Below, one piece after another: positions 19,401 to 27,757 of a stretch of DNA of 50,810 bases. Each line of letters begins with the position of its first letter. Positions within the stretch are counted from its first letter, which is position 1. Made by a program: the position numbers and the translations under genes. The notes beneath the pieces are model-generated. The model was not told the DNA's origin, did not search any database, and saw nothing but the letters and a program-made list of their open reading frames with translations. The DNA comes from Candidatus Daviesbacteria bacterium RIFCSPHIGHO2_02_FULL_43_12 (GTDB lineage: Bacteria > Patescibacteriota > Microgenomatia > Daviesbacterales > UBA10151), in NCBI GenBank assembly GCA_001776775.1, contig MFDD01000006.1, positions 2,191 through 53,000 on the forward strand. Reading direction: 5' to 3'.

Positions 19401-22400
19401 ATTCTATTACCACTGCAACTGTCGGAGGAACGAATTATGTCTATCTGGCAGGAGGAAGCGGCGGAGGCTCGGCTTTATATCGAACACAGGTTGATGCCTC
19501 GGGTAATTTGGGCTCTTTTGTAACCACCTCTCAAGGTCAATTAAAAGCAGCTCGGTACGGAACCGGCGCTATCACAGTCAATCAGGCCGGAACCTATTAT
19601 CTCTATAATATCGCCGGTTGGGATGGCGGCGCAGCTACTTCAACGGTATATAAATCTCAAATCGACACCTCCGGCAATGTCGGCTCATTTGATACTACCT
19701 CCCAGGGACAGCTACTGGCTACCCGATACGGAGTAATGGTTGGTCAGGCAACGATTGGTGGAACAAGCTATCTATATGCACTTGGCGGATGTTCTAACGG
19801 GTCTTGTGGAGCAGATGCTACCAGCACAGTTTATAAAGCCCAGATTGGATCATCAGGCAATGTCGGCTCATTTGATACTACCTCCCAGGGACAGCTACCG
19901 GCCAAACGTTGGGAGGGAGCGGTTGTCACACTCTCAATCATGGGCAACTTCCTCTATGTCATCGGAGGAGATGCCGGTACTGGCGCCACCCCCACTTCAA
20001 CAGTTTATAAAGCAGCTATTAACTCAACAGGAGACATTGGCTCTTTTGTGACTACAGGCCAGGCACAGTTACCGGCAAATAATGGGGCAAATCCGGCGGT
20101 GGTAACTAATACGGTTGGCTTTTCCTACCTCTATACCTTGGGTGGGACAACCACTTCAACAGTTTATAAAGCATCTCTGGGGGGTTACGGTGCCCAGCTT
20201 ACTACCTCTGCCAAAAACCTGACTGATTTAGGCGGTCTGCAAATGCAAGTGTATTCCTCCAGGACCGGAACTTATTTAACTTATGATGTTTCCGAAGACG
20301 GGGTGACCTGGACACCCACCTCCAACTCAATTACTATCTCAAGCGCCAACACCTGGGAAACAAAACAGCTGGATATCTCAGGGACTGCTAATGGAGCTAA
20401 AGACGGAATTACCAGAGTAAGAGTTCGGGCATCTGATACGACCTCTGGATTTACGATGTACTTTGACGATATGTCCGGCATTAGCACTGCTTTTAGCGGC
20501 TCATCCCCTTCGGTGGCCCAAGCTGCCAGAATAATCGGTGCAGCTAATTTAATGATTAATGCTCAGGGCACGGGGCTTGTCAGGGTAAATTATGACGCTA
20601 ACTCCAACACCATTGCCGGCTCCGGGGGGCTGACGGTCTATAACGGCGCGACTACTGCCTATTTACAAGTTGATGCTAATGGTAATGTCGTTGTTGGCCA
20701 AGGGGCGGCTCTGGCAACCACCGCCACCAACGGATTCTTATACCTACCCAGCTCTGCCGGCTTACCGACAGGAGTACCAACTTCATACACCGGCTCTTTG
20801 GCGATGGAATATGACTCAACTAATAATAAACTCTGTGTCTATAACGCAGCTTGGAAATGTTCGGCAGCCCTATCTGACTTTGCCGAGTGGGCACCGGCTC
20901 GCGGGGCTGAAATTGGAGATATCGTGGTAACCACCGACGAGGTTAATCCAATTGAGGATTCCGCTTCTCCTTTTATGCTGGGTAAATCCAGCATTGCTTA
21001 TGACCAAAAAATTGTCGGAGTTATCTCTAAATATGCTGAGGATAGTAACGACGCCCATGGCTATAAAAGATCTGATGATTACCACGCGGTGGCCCTGGCC
21101 GGACGTGTGCCAGTTAAAATTGCTTCAAATTCAGCTGCTATTAAAAGAGGCGACTACTTAACTTCTTCCTCTACTCCAGGACAGGCGATGAAGGCGACTA
21201 AACCTGGCCAAATAGTTGGTAAAGCACTCGAAGATTACGATCCCTTAATTAGCAATAAAACTGCAAATCCCGGTATGGTACTCGCTTTTATTCAGCCTGG
21301 CTTTGCTGATCCCCAAAATGCTTTAGCTAATCTATCAATTGAACCTGATGGAACCTTACTGGTGCCAAAATTAAAGGTTGGAGAATTAGGCCTCGATACT
21401 AAACTGTTTGCCCTGGAAGATAGAATTAATCAGCTCAGCCTGACGTCAACAAACACAGAAGATAACTTATTACTAAATAAGCTAGCAGCCTCAAGCGAGA
21501 CTATAGATCCAATTAACGTAGCTTCAAAGCTTCTAACCCTCGATCAAATTCAAGCCACGCAAACTGCGACTTTAGCAAAGCTTGAATCAAGAATCCTCAG
21601 TAATGAATCAAACATCAGTGATAAAGTAGCCTCATTGTCCGCTCAAATCGCTTCCCTCTCAGCAAAACTGGCGAATAAAGAATCCGACAGCGAATCTCTC
21701 TCAAAAGTTTTAGCTGCACAAATTGTCCAACTATCCGAGAAAATAAATTCCTTGCAGCTAAACAGCTCATCTTCAGCCATTGCCGAGGCAAGTAGCTCCA
21801 GCGTCTTCAAGAAATTCTTAGCTGATGATTTCCAACTCACCTCTCCTGATACTTTACTGGCAACAGGAAGTTCACAACTTGCCAGCTTAGCTGTGGCCTC
21901 GGAAGCTACCTTTTCTGGCCGACTAATCGCCTATGACACGATTATCTCCAACTCTTTTAAGTCTTTGGGCGAGACGTTCTTGGGTCAGACAACTATCGCG
22001 GAAGAAGTCAATGTTGACGGCACCCTTTCGGTAACAGGAAACGCCATTAATAGCATTGGGACACTTTATTTGCAAAGCGCTCCCCTTTCTACCAAGCTGG
22101 ATATCTTTGGAGGGAAGCTAGTCATTGATATAGACGGTAACTTGACTACATCAGGAGATATCAAAGCCACCAACCTTGAGATCACCGGAGCGTTGATCAC
22201 CCGGGCCGATGCCGGAGAAGATATTACCATTGGAGATGTAGTATATATTACTGAAGCAGGCACTATTAAAAGGGCCAATGCATCAGATGACTCGTCCTCC
22301 TTGGTGGTCGGTATCGCCGCAGAATCGGCAGAGCAGAATAAACCAGTTAGAGTGGCTATTAGTGGTCGGGTTGGTGGCTTTAAGAATCTGCAAGTCGGTA

Positions 22401-22870
22401 AACCGTATTTCTTGGGTAATAACGGAAAGCTGCTGACAGTGCCAACCAAAGCAGATACCAAAGTCATTCAGGTAGCAATTGCTTTCAATGAAAATAGCCT
22501 GCTTGTCCAGATCCATCCTGATGCCAGCATTAATTCCAAAGTCTTAGGTATTTCAGCCAGCGCTGAGGTCGATCCAAGCTTTAACCTTAAATCCGAGTCC
22601 CCATCTGGTAGTCTAAAAGAGCTGATTAATAATATCGACCAGCAAGAAGCCAGTGGGAGCGCCTCTTCTAGCAAAACTTTGACTGTTAACAACAACACCT
22701 TAGGGTTTTTGAGGGTTAGAAGTAACCCAACAGTTACTGCCGAAGAACTAACCAAGCTAAATATTGGTGATAAATTCCCCGTCCTAGAGCAGCAAAACGG
22801 TTGGTTCAAGATTGAATATACTCCTGCTAATTTCGGCTGGGTGCTAGGATCCTATGTCAGTGTCAAATGA
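13445..22870 (+). CDS. Giant membrane-anchored surface/adhesin-like protein with N-terminal MerR-type HTH
   Basis: ISIGKAAKYLGVSIDTLRNWE...RTAGGSRRY; TM at about aa 185-205; Thr/Ser/Gly-rich repeats; 12 kelch-like repeats; phage-tail-like DFAEW...GRVPVK module; coiled coil; C-terminal SH3b (LRVRSNP...GWFKI...GWV). Confidence 0.85.
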   Translation: MNKLLGKSISPKQTDHSAASNAARSNVPAEFDSVASSVVAKPTRGLISIGKAAKYLGVSIDTLRNWEEQKKLVSIRTAGGSRRYRLTELKKFAIATPKLARKIEQHSHPNFEDLKPISKAKIPASIYTNEQQGEHHLGYAPSPIARAIKQFNPSSILPLPPPFVIKDKPRHQVANHLKKALQMGLGGIVAAGFIVTAIIVGSYFINPRQTNQHFAHSSALSPFNSLAKGYLSMILPQKARELGLKKSSVVSPQSSDNLIADSEASLKAENSSNVLAIINQRPGTLNINANTAINGTLLIEGGVRVTGTDVSGLLQSITGGDNVTIVGADSPNPTISVTLPSNLVNSFATSSTGTKVSGDIILGSGLSLATATKTISVSTPTLSSVRSAGGCSGCITDDDVDSALTISSSGSVAVGALSSAVTIAKGGTALTSYTTGDILYANSSGTLSKLAIGTSGQSLVVTSGLPAWSSSGAGVTSLNSLTGELTIAGTSNQISVAASSTTVTLSLPSTVTTTNLNASSALQLNGTNINTGGTLSNVAYLDTAQTFSAAQTNSTAGAASTPAQKLTGAWYTGGSGTTTKPQLLIEPSGTTTNAWSTSGTGIGVNAAATFAGNLIDLQQAANSIFSITSVSSAVNGFNFLAGATGSGVAISADGGGSDTNIPLSIDAKGSGLVKIAATSTGNVELAGGSAATGCTIANSTGALTCAGDITGGSTGTSGYWTRSGTTLSPATAGDAITTSGNLSTSGSGTLSIAGTATFSSTINTNTFSSTALTFASGATTAVISPATAGTHIEVDSGGGTGNILLGGGSGSTGCTVSDSTGNLTCAGSITGGSESNQGYWSRSGTTLSPVTTGDAITTSGNISTSGSGAVTSAGLLTGQLGLTITGATTSINASSNFATNINTGTSTGTISLGNSSAGAIAISGSSTFGVTTTTSAQTFTSAVVSGTTTSSAFVFTDSSLTTGTGLYLVSSSLTSGKLAHIAPTFAGAGVTGYGAYLEGADSTTSANTDYQLYSTLALSGNAAKTGVGIYSTVTSSSTTGDTLIGLDLATSATGALAATQTRTIYGLRSQPASTGASNNSDDTLNLYGSYLAPTSTLALAGTTNVYGQYISNIATHNADAGTVNSYGLYIANGTSSTNGTNTKYGLYIATPTGADTNYALYIAGGNATLADGALLDLSAINLSSTTEGLLLPQNATACSSATAEGQICWDTSTDTLYIGKSGSTAAVGQGDITAVGSMTSGAAFADSGADDDWLGLGSGAGRIEFDDQTTDEVNILSANVGIGTQTPGGSLDVSAAKSLTPSLTGAYLSFSASTLTDSGTAASGTLANAAFNSIAAPTLAATNTSVVTDHAYTLYLAGPPTAGTNETINNSYALGVNGKTQLANAVELSGSTDATTTVGTRVEGAWSVTNLAAGTNTYNYRRAITVTNNDSSTALPTNYELTITLTTGASSQSSDVCATTKNDSSDLIVAKLTGPTEIARNITRTSCAAGSQQIVVKFLNQASIAASGTATYYLYYGNSGSSNTAPTTYSTSAVVLDSADNVGSWTSNDSTNFAISQETTIKQEGTGSIKAVAVQNCSTCGDIGVFATTNQGQLPTTRAYFNTTESVVIGGTGYLYFIGGDWAPVLSTVYKSTITTAGDLGSFVTTSQAQLPLGLSYMASNIVDVGGTNYIYIIGGYNPTTYSSVYKAQIGSTGNIGAFATTSQGQMLELIWQNASTVASISGTSYIYVLGDADGNTSAVYKGMINPANGDVGSFATTSQGQLKVATVFGDATTVTIGGTNYVYIVGGNTISTVYKAQIDTSANIGSFNSTSQGQLPAVIYNPAVNPFTIGGTNYLYVSGGEVSTVYRATLDGSGNVGSFVTTGQAQFPAAIRSLSNIVTLGTSSYFYGLGNGSASVVYKGKITTTYDPSGDVGAFSTTSQGQLLATRLQLGGALVAVGGTNYIYAIGGDSASTVYKAQIGSSGNVGSFDTTSQGQLPANIEQIENSITTATVGGTNYVYLAGGSGGGSALYRTQVDASGNLGSFVTTSQGQLKAARYGTGAITVNQAGTYYLYNIAGWDGGAATSTVYKSQIDTSGNVGSFDTTSQGQLLATRYGVMVGQATIGGTSYLYALGGCSNGSCGADATSTVYKAQIGSSGNVGSFDTTSQGQLPAKRWEGAVVTLSIMGNFLYVIGGDAGTGATPTSTVYKAAINSTGDIGSFVTTGQAQLPANNGANPAVVTNTVGFSYLYTLGGTTTSTVYKASLGGYGAQLTTSAKNLTDLGGLQMQVYSSRTGTYLTYDVSEDGVTWTPTSNSITISSANTWETKQLDISGTANGAKDGITRVRVRASDTTSGFTMYFDDMSGISTAFSGSSPSVAQAARIIGAANLMINAQGTGLVRVNYDANSNTIAGSGGLTVYNGATTAYLQVDANGNVVVGQGAALATTATNGFLYLPSSAGLPTGVPTSYTGSLAMEYDSTNNKLCVYNAAWKCSAALSDFAEWAPARGAEIGDIVVTTDEVNPIEDSASPFMLGKSSIAYDQKIVGVISKYAEDSNDAHGYKRSDDYHAVALAGRVPVKIASNSAAIKRGDYLTSSSTPGQAMKATKPGQIVGKALEDYDPLISNKTANPGMVLAFIQPGFADPQNALANLSIEPDGTLLVPKLKVGELGLDTKLFALEDRINQLSLTSTNTEDNLLLNKLAASSETIDPINVASKLLTLDQIQATQTATLAKLESRILSNESNISDKVASLSAQIASLSAKLANKESDSESLSKVLAAQIVQLSEKINSLQLNSSSSAIAEASSSSVFKKFLADDFQLTSPDTLLATGSSQLASLAVASEATFSGRLIAYDTIISNSFKSLGETFLGQTTIAEEVNVDGTLSVTGNAINSIGTLYLQSAPLSTKLDIFGGKLVIDIDGNLTTSGDIKATNLEITGALITRADAGEDITIGDVVYITEAGTIKRANASDDSSSLVVGIAAESAEQNKPVRVAISGRVGGFKNLQVGKPYFLGNNGKLLTVPTKADTKVIQVAIAFNENSLLVQIHPDASINSKVLGISASAEVDPSFNLKSESPSGSLKELINNIDQQEASGSASSSKTLTVNNNTLGFLRVRSNPTVTAEELTKLNIGDKFPVLEQQNGWFKIEYTPANFGWVLGSYVSVK
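19307..19905 (+). repeat. Identical DNA repeats among kelch units
   Basis: 77-bp identity at 19307-19383 and 19829-19905; its 43-bp core also at 19673-19715. Confidence 0.9.
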
Positions 22871-22948
22871 ATCTTTCAATCATAAACTACTGTTTTAGTA
22901 CCTCTTTTTCAGTAGTCGGCTACCAGAATTCTCGGCTTAATCTGTGGG

Positions 22949-25585
22949 TTACAGGAATTCCAGACTTGAAACAACCTTATCAAACTCGCTCATTAAGGGA
23001 GAGGTCGAGGGTTTAACCTTTAGATGAATGATTCGCTGATCCTTAGTTAAAATAAATTCCATGGCTGAAGCCAAGTCTGCTTCCTTCCAAACTGTCACTT
23101 CAGCATCAAATCCAGGGATCTGAGCCAAGCCTTTATTCTGAATTACCCCGCCAAACTTTAAACTGCTTGATTTTACCCATTCATCTTTTGATAAACCAAC
23201 AGGCAGGAATCCGGCAAAAAAACTAATCTTAAAACTTTGATCAGTCGAGGAGAGCGAGATGAAACTACCTTCTCTTTTGATAGTCCAATCCTGAGGATAT
23301 TTAAACTTAAATCCCTGGTTTGTCACAGTATAACTTTTCCAGTCTGTTACCGCTTGTTTAAGCTGAGACTGAATTATTCTACCCAGGCCATTTCGACCCT
23401 CGATTTTATAATCCTCGGTAGTAGCATTATCAAAAATAAATTGAAATTGTTGTTTAGCTTCATCCAGCTTGCCCAGTGAATAAAGGGTATTAGCTAAATT
23501 TAGCCTAATTGATAATTCCTTAGGTAAATAGGAAACCGCCTCATCAAAGTACTTTAGTGAACCAGCTAAATCTCCTCTTAGGGCAGTAAAAACAGCAATC
23601 CGATTTAATATTTCCGGGGAGAAAGGCGCAAACTCATAAGCTTTTTGCAGATAATCAAGAGATTTTTGTTTTACTTGCTGTTGTTTGCCAGTATCTACAT
23701 CTTTAGCAAATGGATCTTTCTGATCACTGATACTCCAAAAATAGTCAGATAAGTCAACAAAACTGGTGGCATATTCAGTTAAAATAGTATTGTAGGCACC
23801 GTTATAGTTCCGCTCTATATAAAAGGGTTTTTTATCTAAAAAATCCGGATCTCTAAATTTATACTGAAAATTCTTCTCGTCTGGCTGGAGTATATCTTTC
23901 GCTCCCAAGATTCGGTAGGCCAGTCCTGACTCGACTGCTTTTAGTCTCTCTTTGTCCAGAACTAATTTGCCAGAATCAGTTCCAGCCAAAACCGACTCTC
24001 TAAAAACCATTGGAGTCACATAGACCGGATAACCTTTATTAATCAGTTTCTCAATATACCAGTTCATTACTTCACGGTACTCCTCAAAACGATCTTTTTT
24101 TATCATTGTTTCCAGCTCAATAGGCATTAAATCCGGATTTTGCACTCTTAAATTATCCCGATACCAAGGCAAGATATACCACATATTAGACACAATCGGA
24201 AAAACATCCGATCGCCTTTTCACTGATTCATGTTCATATAAAGATAGTGAGTTAAAAAAATCTCCAGTCCCTATCAAAACGCTATTTTCTGGTAAATTCT
24301 GATACAAATTATCCGCGTAATCCAGGGAAACAAAGGTTCCAGAGCGATCCAGTTTTGGAAACCAATAGATCAAAGGGATCAGGGCCACTACTAAAGCTCC
24401 AATCAAAAAGGTAGATTTTAGTTTTGGTGTGATTCCTAAAAGAACTTTTAAGGCTAACCCCATTCCCGCCCCGATAAAAATAGTAAAGATTATATAGCTG
24501 GCGATAAACCAGGCCTCCTGGTTACCAGATAAGTAGATAATTCCAAAGGCAAGATTAGTTAAAGGGATAATAGCTAAACTTAAAAATAGTTTTTTATTTT
24601 TTTGGTAAATATAAATTGCCCCTAGAACAAGCACAGGTAGCAGTAGCGGAGTAAACTGAACAAACATTAGATAGATATACCTACCAAAAGACTCAGAAAA
24701 AACTGCCGAAGATCCGGTAAAGCCATTGATCGAATTTGTCCGAGGATCATGAATATCCAGACCCTCTCCTCTTAGGTGGCCTACGAAACGGGCGACTGTT
24801 TGCGGATCTCCCCAGTTTAAAAAAGGATGTGCACTGGCTCGGATTGGTAAATAACTGTAGATGGCGAAGGTTAAAATTACCGTTAGAAAAGCGGCTAATA
24901 CAAGTTTTTTCAAACCAATAAACTTCCAAAAAAATACCGTTGACAAAACCAAAGCCGGGACCACTTGAATAATTGTTGGGTTCGCCCCAGTAGCTATCCC
25001 TAAAACCACGGCAACTAACAAGATTCTGTTGAATAACCCCCTCTTGGCCGCTTTCGCGGTTATAACTAAAGTTATGATTACCATCATTAAAAAGTTAGTG
25101 AAGATATAGGACTCGCTATTTAGAGTTTGGGACCAAAATTCGTAGGAGAAGGCTAGGGTAAGCGAGGCAGCAGCAGCAATCAGATTAATCACCCCAGGGC
25201 TTAAAGTGGAGGTTTTAAGTTTTTTAAAAAGGCTAAAAGCTTTTGAGTCGGTTTTGGCTGAATCGATAAACTGAAAATCGCTAATAAAGAGCTTTCTAAT
25301 CAAAAAATAAACTAGGGTTAGGGTACCAAGTGAGGAAACGATTGAAAAAAGTTGGATTCTAAAGAGATCATTACCAAACGGTAGCCAGGTAAACAGATGA
25401 CCGATTAGCATATACAAGGGAAAGCCGGGCGGATTGGGAATACCCAAACTGGCTGCCCCGGCGACCATTGTTCCGGCATCAATGTAGAGGATGGATGTGG
25501 AGAGGGTTTTAAAATAGACGGTAAGCGTAACAACCCAAAGTGTAAAAAGAGGAAGATGTGGCAGTAAAAACCGCAAACGTTTCAT
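22949..25585 (-). CDS. DUF2723/TMEM260-like GT-C glycosyltransferase with TPR and PsbP-like C-terminal domain
   Basis: DAG...LGIPNPPGFPLY, FWSQ...ESY, YLPIRAS, NWGDP; TPR helices; FKYPQDW. Confidence 0.8.
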   Translation of the reverse strand: MKRLRFLLPHLPLFTLWVVTLTVYFKTLSTSILYIDAGTMVAGAASLGIPNPPGFPLYMLIGHLFTWLPFGNDLFRIQLFSIVSSLGTLTLVYFLIRKLFISDFQFIDSAKTDSKAFSLFKKLKTSTLSPGVINLIAAAASLTLAFSYEFWSQTLNSESYIFTNFLMMVIITLVITAKAAKRGLFNRILLVAVVLGIATGANPTIIQVVPALVLSTVFFWKFIGLKKLVLAAFLTVILTFAIYSYLPIRASAHPFLNWGDPQTVARFVGHLRGEGLDIHDPRTNSINGFTGSSAVFSESFGRYIYLMFVQFTPLLLPVLVLGAIYIYQKNKKLFLSLAIIPLTNLAFGIIYLSGNQEAWFIASYIIFTIFIGAGMGLALKVLLGITPKLKSTFLIGALVVALIPLIYWFPKLDRSGTFVSLDYADNLYQNLPENSVLIGTGDFFNSLSLYEHESVKRRSDVFPIVSNMWYILPWYRDNLRVQNPDLMPIELETMIKKDRFEEYREVMNWYIEKLINKGYPVYVTPMVFRESVLAGTDSGKLVLDKERLKAVESGLAYRILGAKDILQPDEKNFQYKFRDPDFLDKKPFYIERNYNGAYNTILTEYATSFVDLSDYFWSISDQKDPFAKDVDTGKQQQVKQKSLDYLQKAYEFAPFSPEILNRIAVFTALRGDLAGSLKYFDEAVSYLPKELSIRLNLANTLYSLGKLDEAKQQFQFIFDNATTEDYKIEGRNGLGRIIQSQLKQAVTDWKSYTVTNQGFKFKYPQDWTIKREGSFISLSSTDQSFKISFFAGFLPVGLSKDEWVKSSSLKFGGVIQNKGLAQIPGFDAEVTVWKEADLASAMEFILTKDQRIIHLKVKPSTSPLMSEFDKVVSSLEFL

Positions 25586-25607
25586 CAGCTAAAAGATTAT
25601 ACCGAGT

Positions 25608-26504
25608 TTAAGTTTTTCTAGCTAGTATCCCAATATTGCCGGCAGCTAAATTTAAAGTAAGGTTCTCCAAACCAGTAATTTTAAGTAACTTACTCCCCCA
25701 CGCTCTTAAAAACTTAGGGATGCCAGCCATCCTGATCCAGTAATAAAGCGGATAAGAGTTCACCACCTCAAAAACCTCCTCTACTTGAAAACCGTTTTGA
25801 GTAAATACGGCTCTTAAAGTTTTTTTATCAAATAAATAGATATGTTCTATATCAAAAATCGCTGATTTTTCTCCAAACAGCTGCACAGATAAACCTTTGG
25901 TGTTATGAACCACAAACAAAGCCTTGCCTCCTTGTTTAAGCAACTCTTGAGTGTCTTGAATAAAAGTGTTCGGATCGACCACATGATCCAGAGTATGAAA
26001 ACAGCAGATTAGATCAAAGCTTCCTTGGGGAAATAAATCCTTTATGAAAAGTGCTGTTTTGATATTTTGCTTGATACTTTGACTGGTTTGTTTAGTCATT
26101 TCTTTGCTTGGTTCAACTCCAAATAGTCTGGTCAGCCCAGCTTTTTTGAGTTCCTCCAGAAAAAAACCATTACCACAGCCGATTTCCAAAACTTTTGGGT
26201 TTTTTGGCAACCCGGATTTAATATCGACAAACAGTTTAAAGTAGGTTTTAATCAAATAAGGAATTTGCTCTGCATAGGAACAAACACTTTCCCTGTAAAA
26301 TTTAGCGATCTTTTGAATGTCTATAATCGGCGAAGAATAAATCAGACCACACCTACGACACTTCATAATCTGGTAATGAATCCTATCCGGAATCCTTCGA
26401 GCAGAATAGATTCCTCCAGATAGATCTTCTTTTTTAAAAGTAGCTGGAAATAAAACTTGGCTGAATTTGTTTGTCTTACAAAGACAGCAGTTGATATTTT
26501 TCAT
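25608..26504 (-). CDS. Class I SAM-dependent methyltransferase with N-terminal Cys-rich (Zn) motif
   Basis: CCLC...CRRC; VLEIGCGNG; FDLICCFHTLDH. Confidence 0.88.
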   Translation of the reverse strand: MKNINCCLCKTNKFSQVLFPATFKKEDLSGGIYSARRIPDRIHYQIMKCRRCGLIYSSPIIDIQKIAKFYRESVCSYAEQIPYLIKTYFKLFVDIKSGLPKNPKVLEIGCGNGFFLEELKKAGLTRLFGVEPSKEMTKQTSQSIKQNIKTALFIKDLFPQGSFDLICCFHTLDHVVDPNTFIQDTQELLKQGGKALFVVHNTKGLSVQLFGEKSAIFDIEHIYLFDKKTLRAVFTQNGFQVEEVFEVVNSYPLYYWIRMAGIPKFLRAWGSKLLKITGLENLTLNLAAGNIGILARKT

Positions 26505-26531
26505 TTCTTCGCTATTATAACTTGATAAGAG

Positions 26532-27257
26532 ATGATTAATAAATCAAAGTTAACATCGGATCAAAAACAGTTAAGAGTTAGAATTTTAGAGCTTAGCTTT
26601 AAGCTCAAACTCTCTCACCTTGGATCGTGCCTAAGCGCAGTCGATTTAATTAACGGAGTCTACGCAGTTAAAAAGCGCAACGAAAAATTTGTCCTTTCCA
26701 ATGGACATGCCGGCATGGCCCTATACGCAGTTTTAGAAAAATATGGCTATATTAAAGATGCCAAACTGATCAACGAGCTGATGATTCACCCTGATAGAAA
26801 CCCAAAAATCGGTATTCATGTCTCCACCGGCAGCCTCGGCCATGGCCTACCAATTGCCTTAGGGATGGCTCTGGCGGATAGAAAAAAGGCTGTCTATTGC
26901 ATGATCTCTGACGGAGAATGCACTGAGGGGAGCATCTGGGAGGCGTTTAGAATTGCTCATGAGCAAAAATTAGCTAATTTAAAGGTTGTTTTAAATGCTA
27001 ACGGCTGGGGTGCTTATAGCACGATCAACCTAACTACTCTCAAAAAAAGGATCAAGGCCTTTGGCTTTGCAGTAAGTGACATCAACGGCCATCGTCAGAT
27101 CGAGATAGTCCAAGCCTTAAAGCAGAAAAGCCGCTTTCCCAGTTTAATTTTTGCCAGAACAACTGTTGAACAGCTCCCTTTTTTAAAAGGTCAAGACGCC
27201 CATTATTTTGTAATGAACCCGAATGATTATCAATTAGCTAGGCAATTACTATCATGA
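26532..27257 (+). CDS. Transketolase-like N-terminal (ThDP-binding) subunit
   Basis: SHLGS, LSNGHA, STGSLGHGL, SDGECTEG...WEA. Confidence 0.9.
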   Translation: MINKSKLTSDQKQLRVRILELSFKLKLSHLGSCLSAVDLINGVYAVKKRNEKFVLSNGHAGMALYAVLEKYGYIKDAKLINELMIHPDRNPKIGIHVSTGSLGHGLPIALGMALADRKKAVYCMISDGECTEGSIWEAFRIAHEQKLANLKVVLNANGWGAYSTINLTTLKKRIKAFGFAVSDINGHRQIEIVQALKQKSRFPSLIFARTTVEQLPFLKGQDAHYFVMNPNDYQLARQLLS

Positions 27258-27757
27258 ACAAACTATCTATTCACCCCAGTCAGCGCGGCCACTTTGCCTT
27301 CTTTGTATTTCAGGCAATGAAGAAAAATAAAAGAATATGGGTGGTTACCAATGATTTAGGTTATAAAATGTGGGATCAGGTCAGGGAGAAATTCCCGGAG
27401 CGGTTTATCAACGCAGGAGCAGCCGAGCAGGCGATGCTCGATTTGGCGGTCGGGCTGGCTTTAGAGGGTAAAATTCCGATTGTCTATTCTATCACCAGCT
27501 TCCTGCTTTTTCGACCCTTTGAAACAATCAAAAACTACATTGATCACGAAAAGATTCCCGTTAAGCTAATCGGTGGTGGTCGAGACAGAGACTATCTGAT
27601 TGACGGACCCTCTCACTGGGCTAGCGAGGACAAACAGATCATGAAGATATTTAAAAATATTCATGTTGCCTGGCCGGAAAGTGTCGGAGAGATCGAGAAG
27701 CTGGTTAAAAAGATGCTGGTGGATCATAAACCCTGGTACCTCAACCTAAGAAGATGA
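27254..27757 (+). CDS. Transketolase-like pyrimidine-binding subunit (no C-terminal domain)
   Basis: PERFINAGAAEQ, RPFE, GPSH, YLNLR; ATGA-coupled to the previous gene. Confidence 0.88.
   Translation: MNKLSIHPSQRGHFAFFVFQAMKKNKRIWVVTNDLGYKMWDQVREKFPERFINAGAAEQAMLDLAVGLALEGKIPIVYSITSFLLFRPFETIKNYIDHEKIPVKLIGGGRDRDYLIDGPSHWASEDKQIMKIFKNIHVAWPESVGEIEKLVKKMLVDHKPWYLNLRR

Noticed and set aside
13445-22870. Prophage tail gene or diversity-generating retroelement target
   Set aside because: It has an HTH+TM anchor and no phage neighbours. The internal repeats are exact rather than adenine-specific variants, and no reverse transcriptase is in the window.
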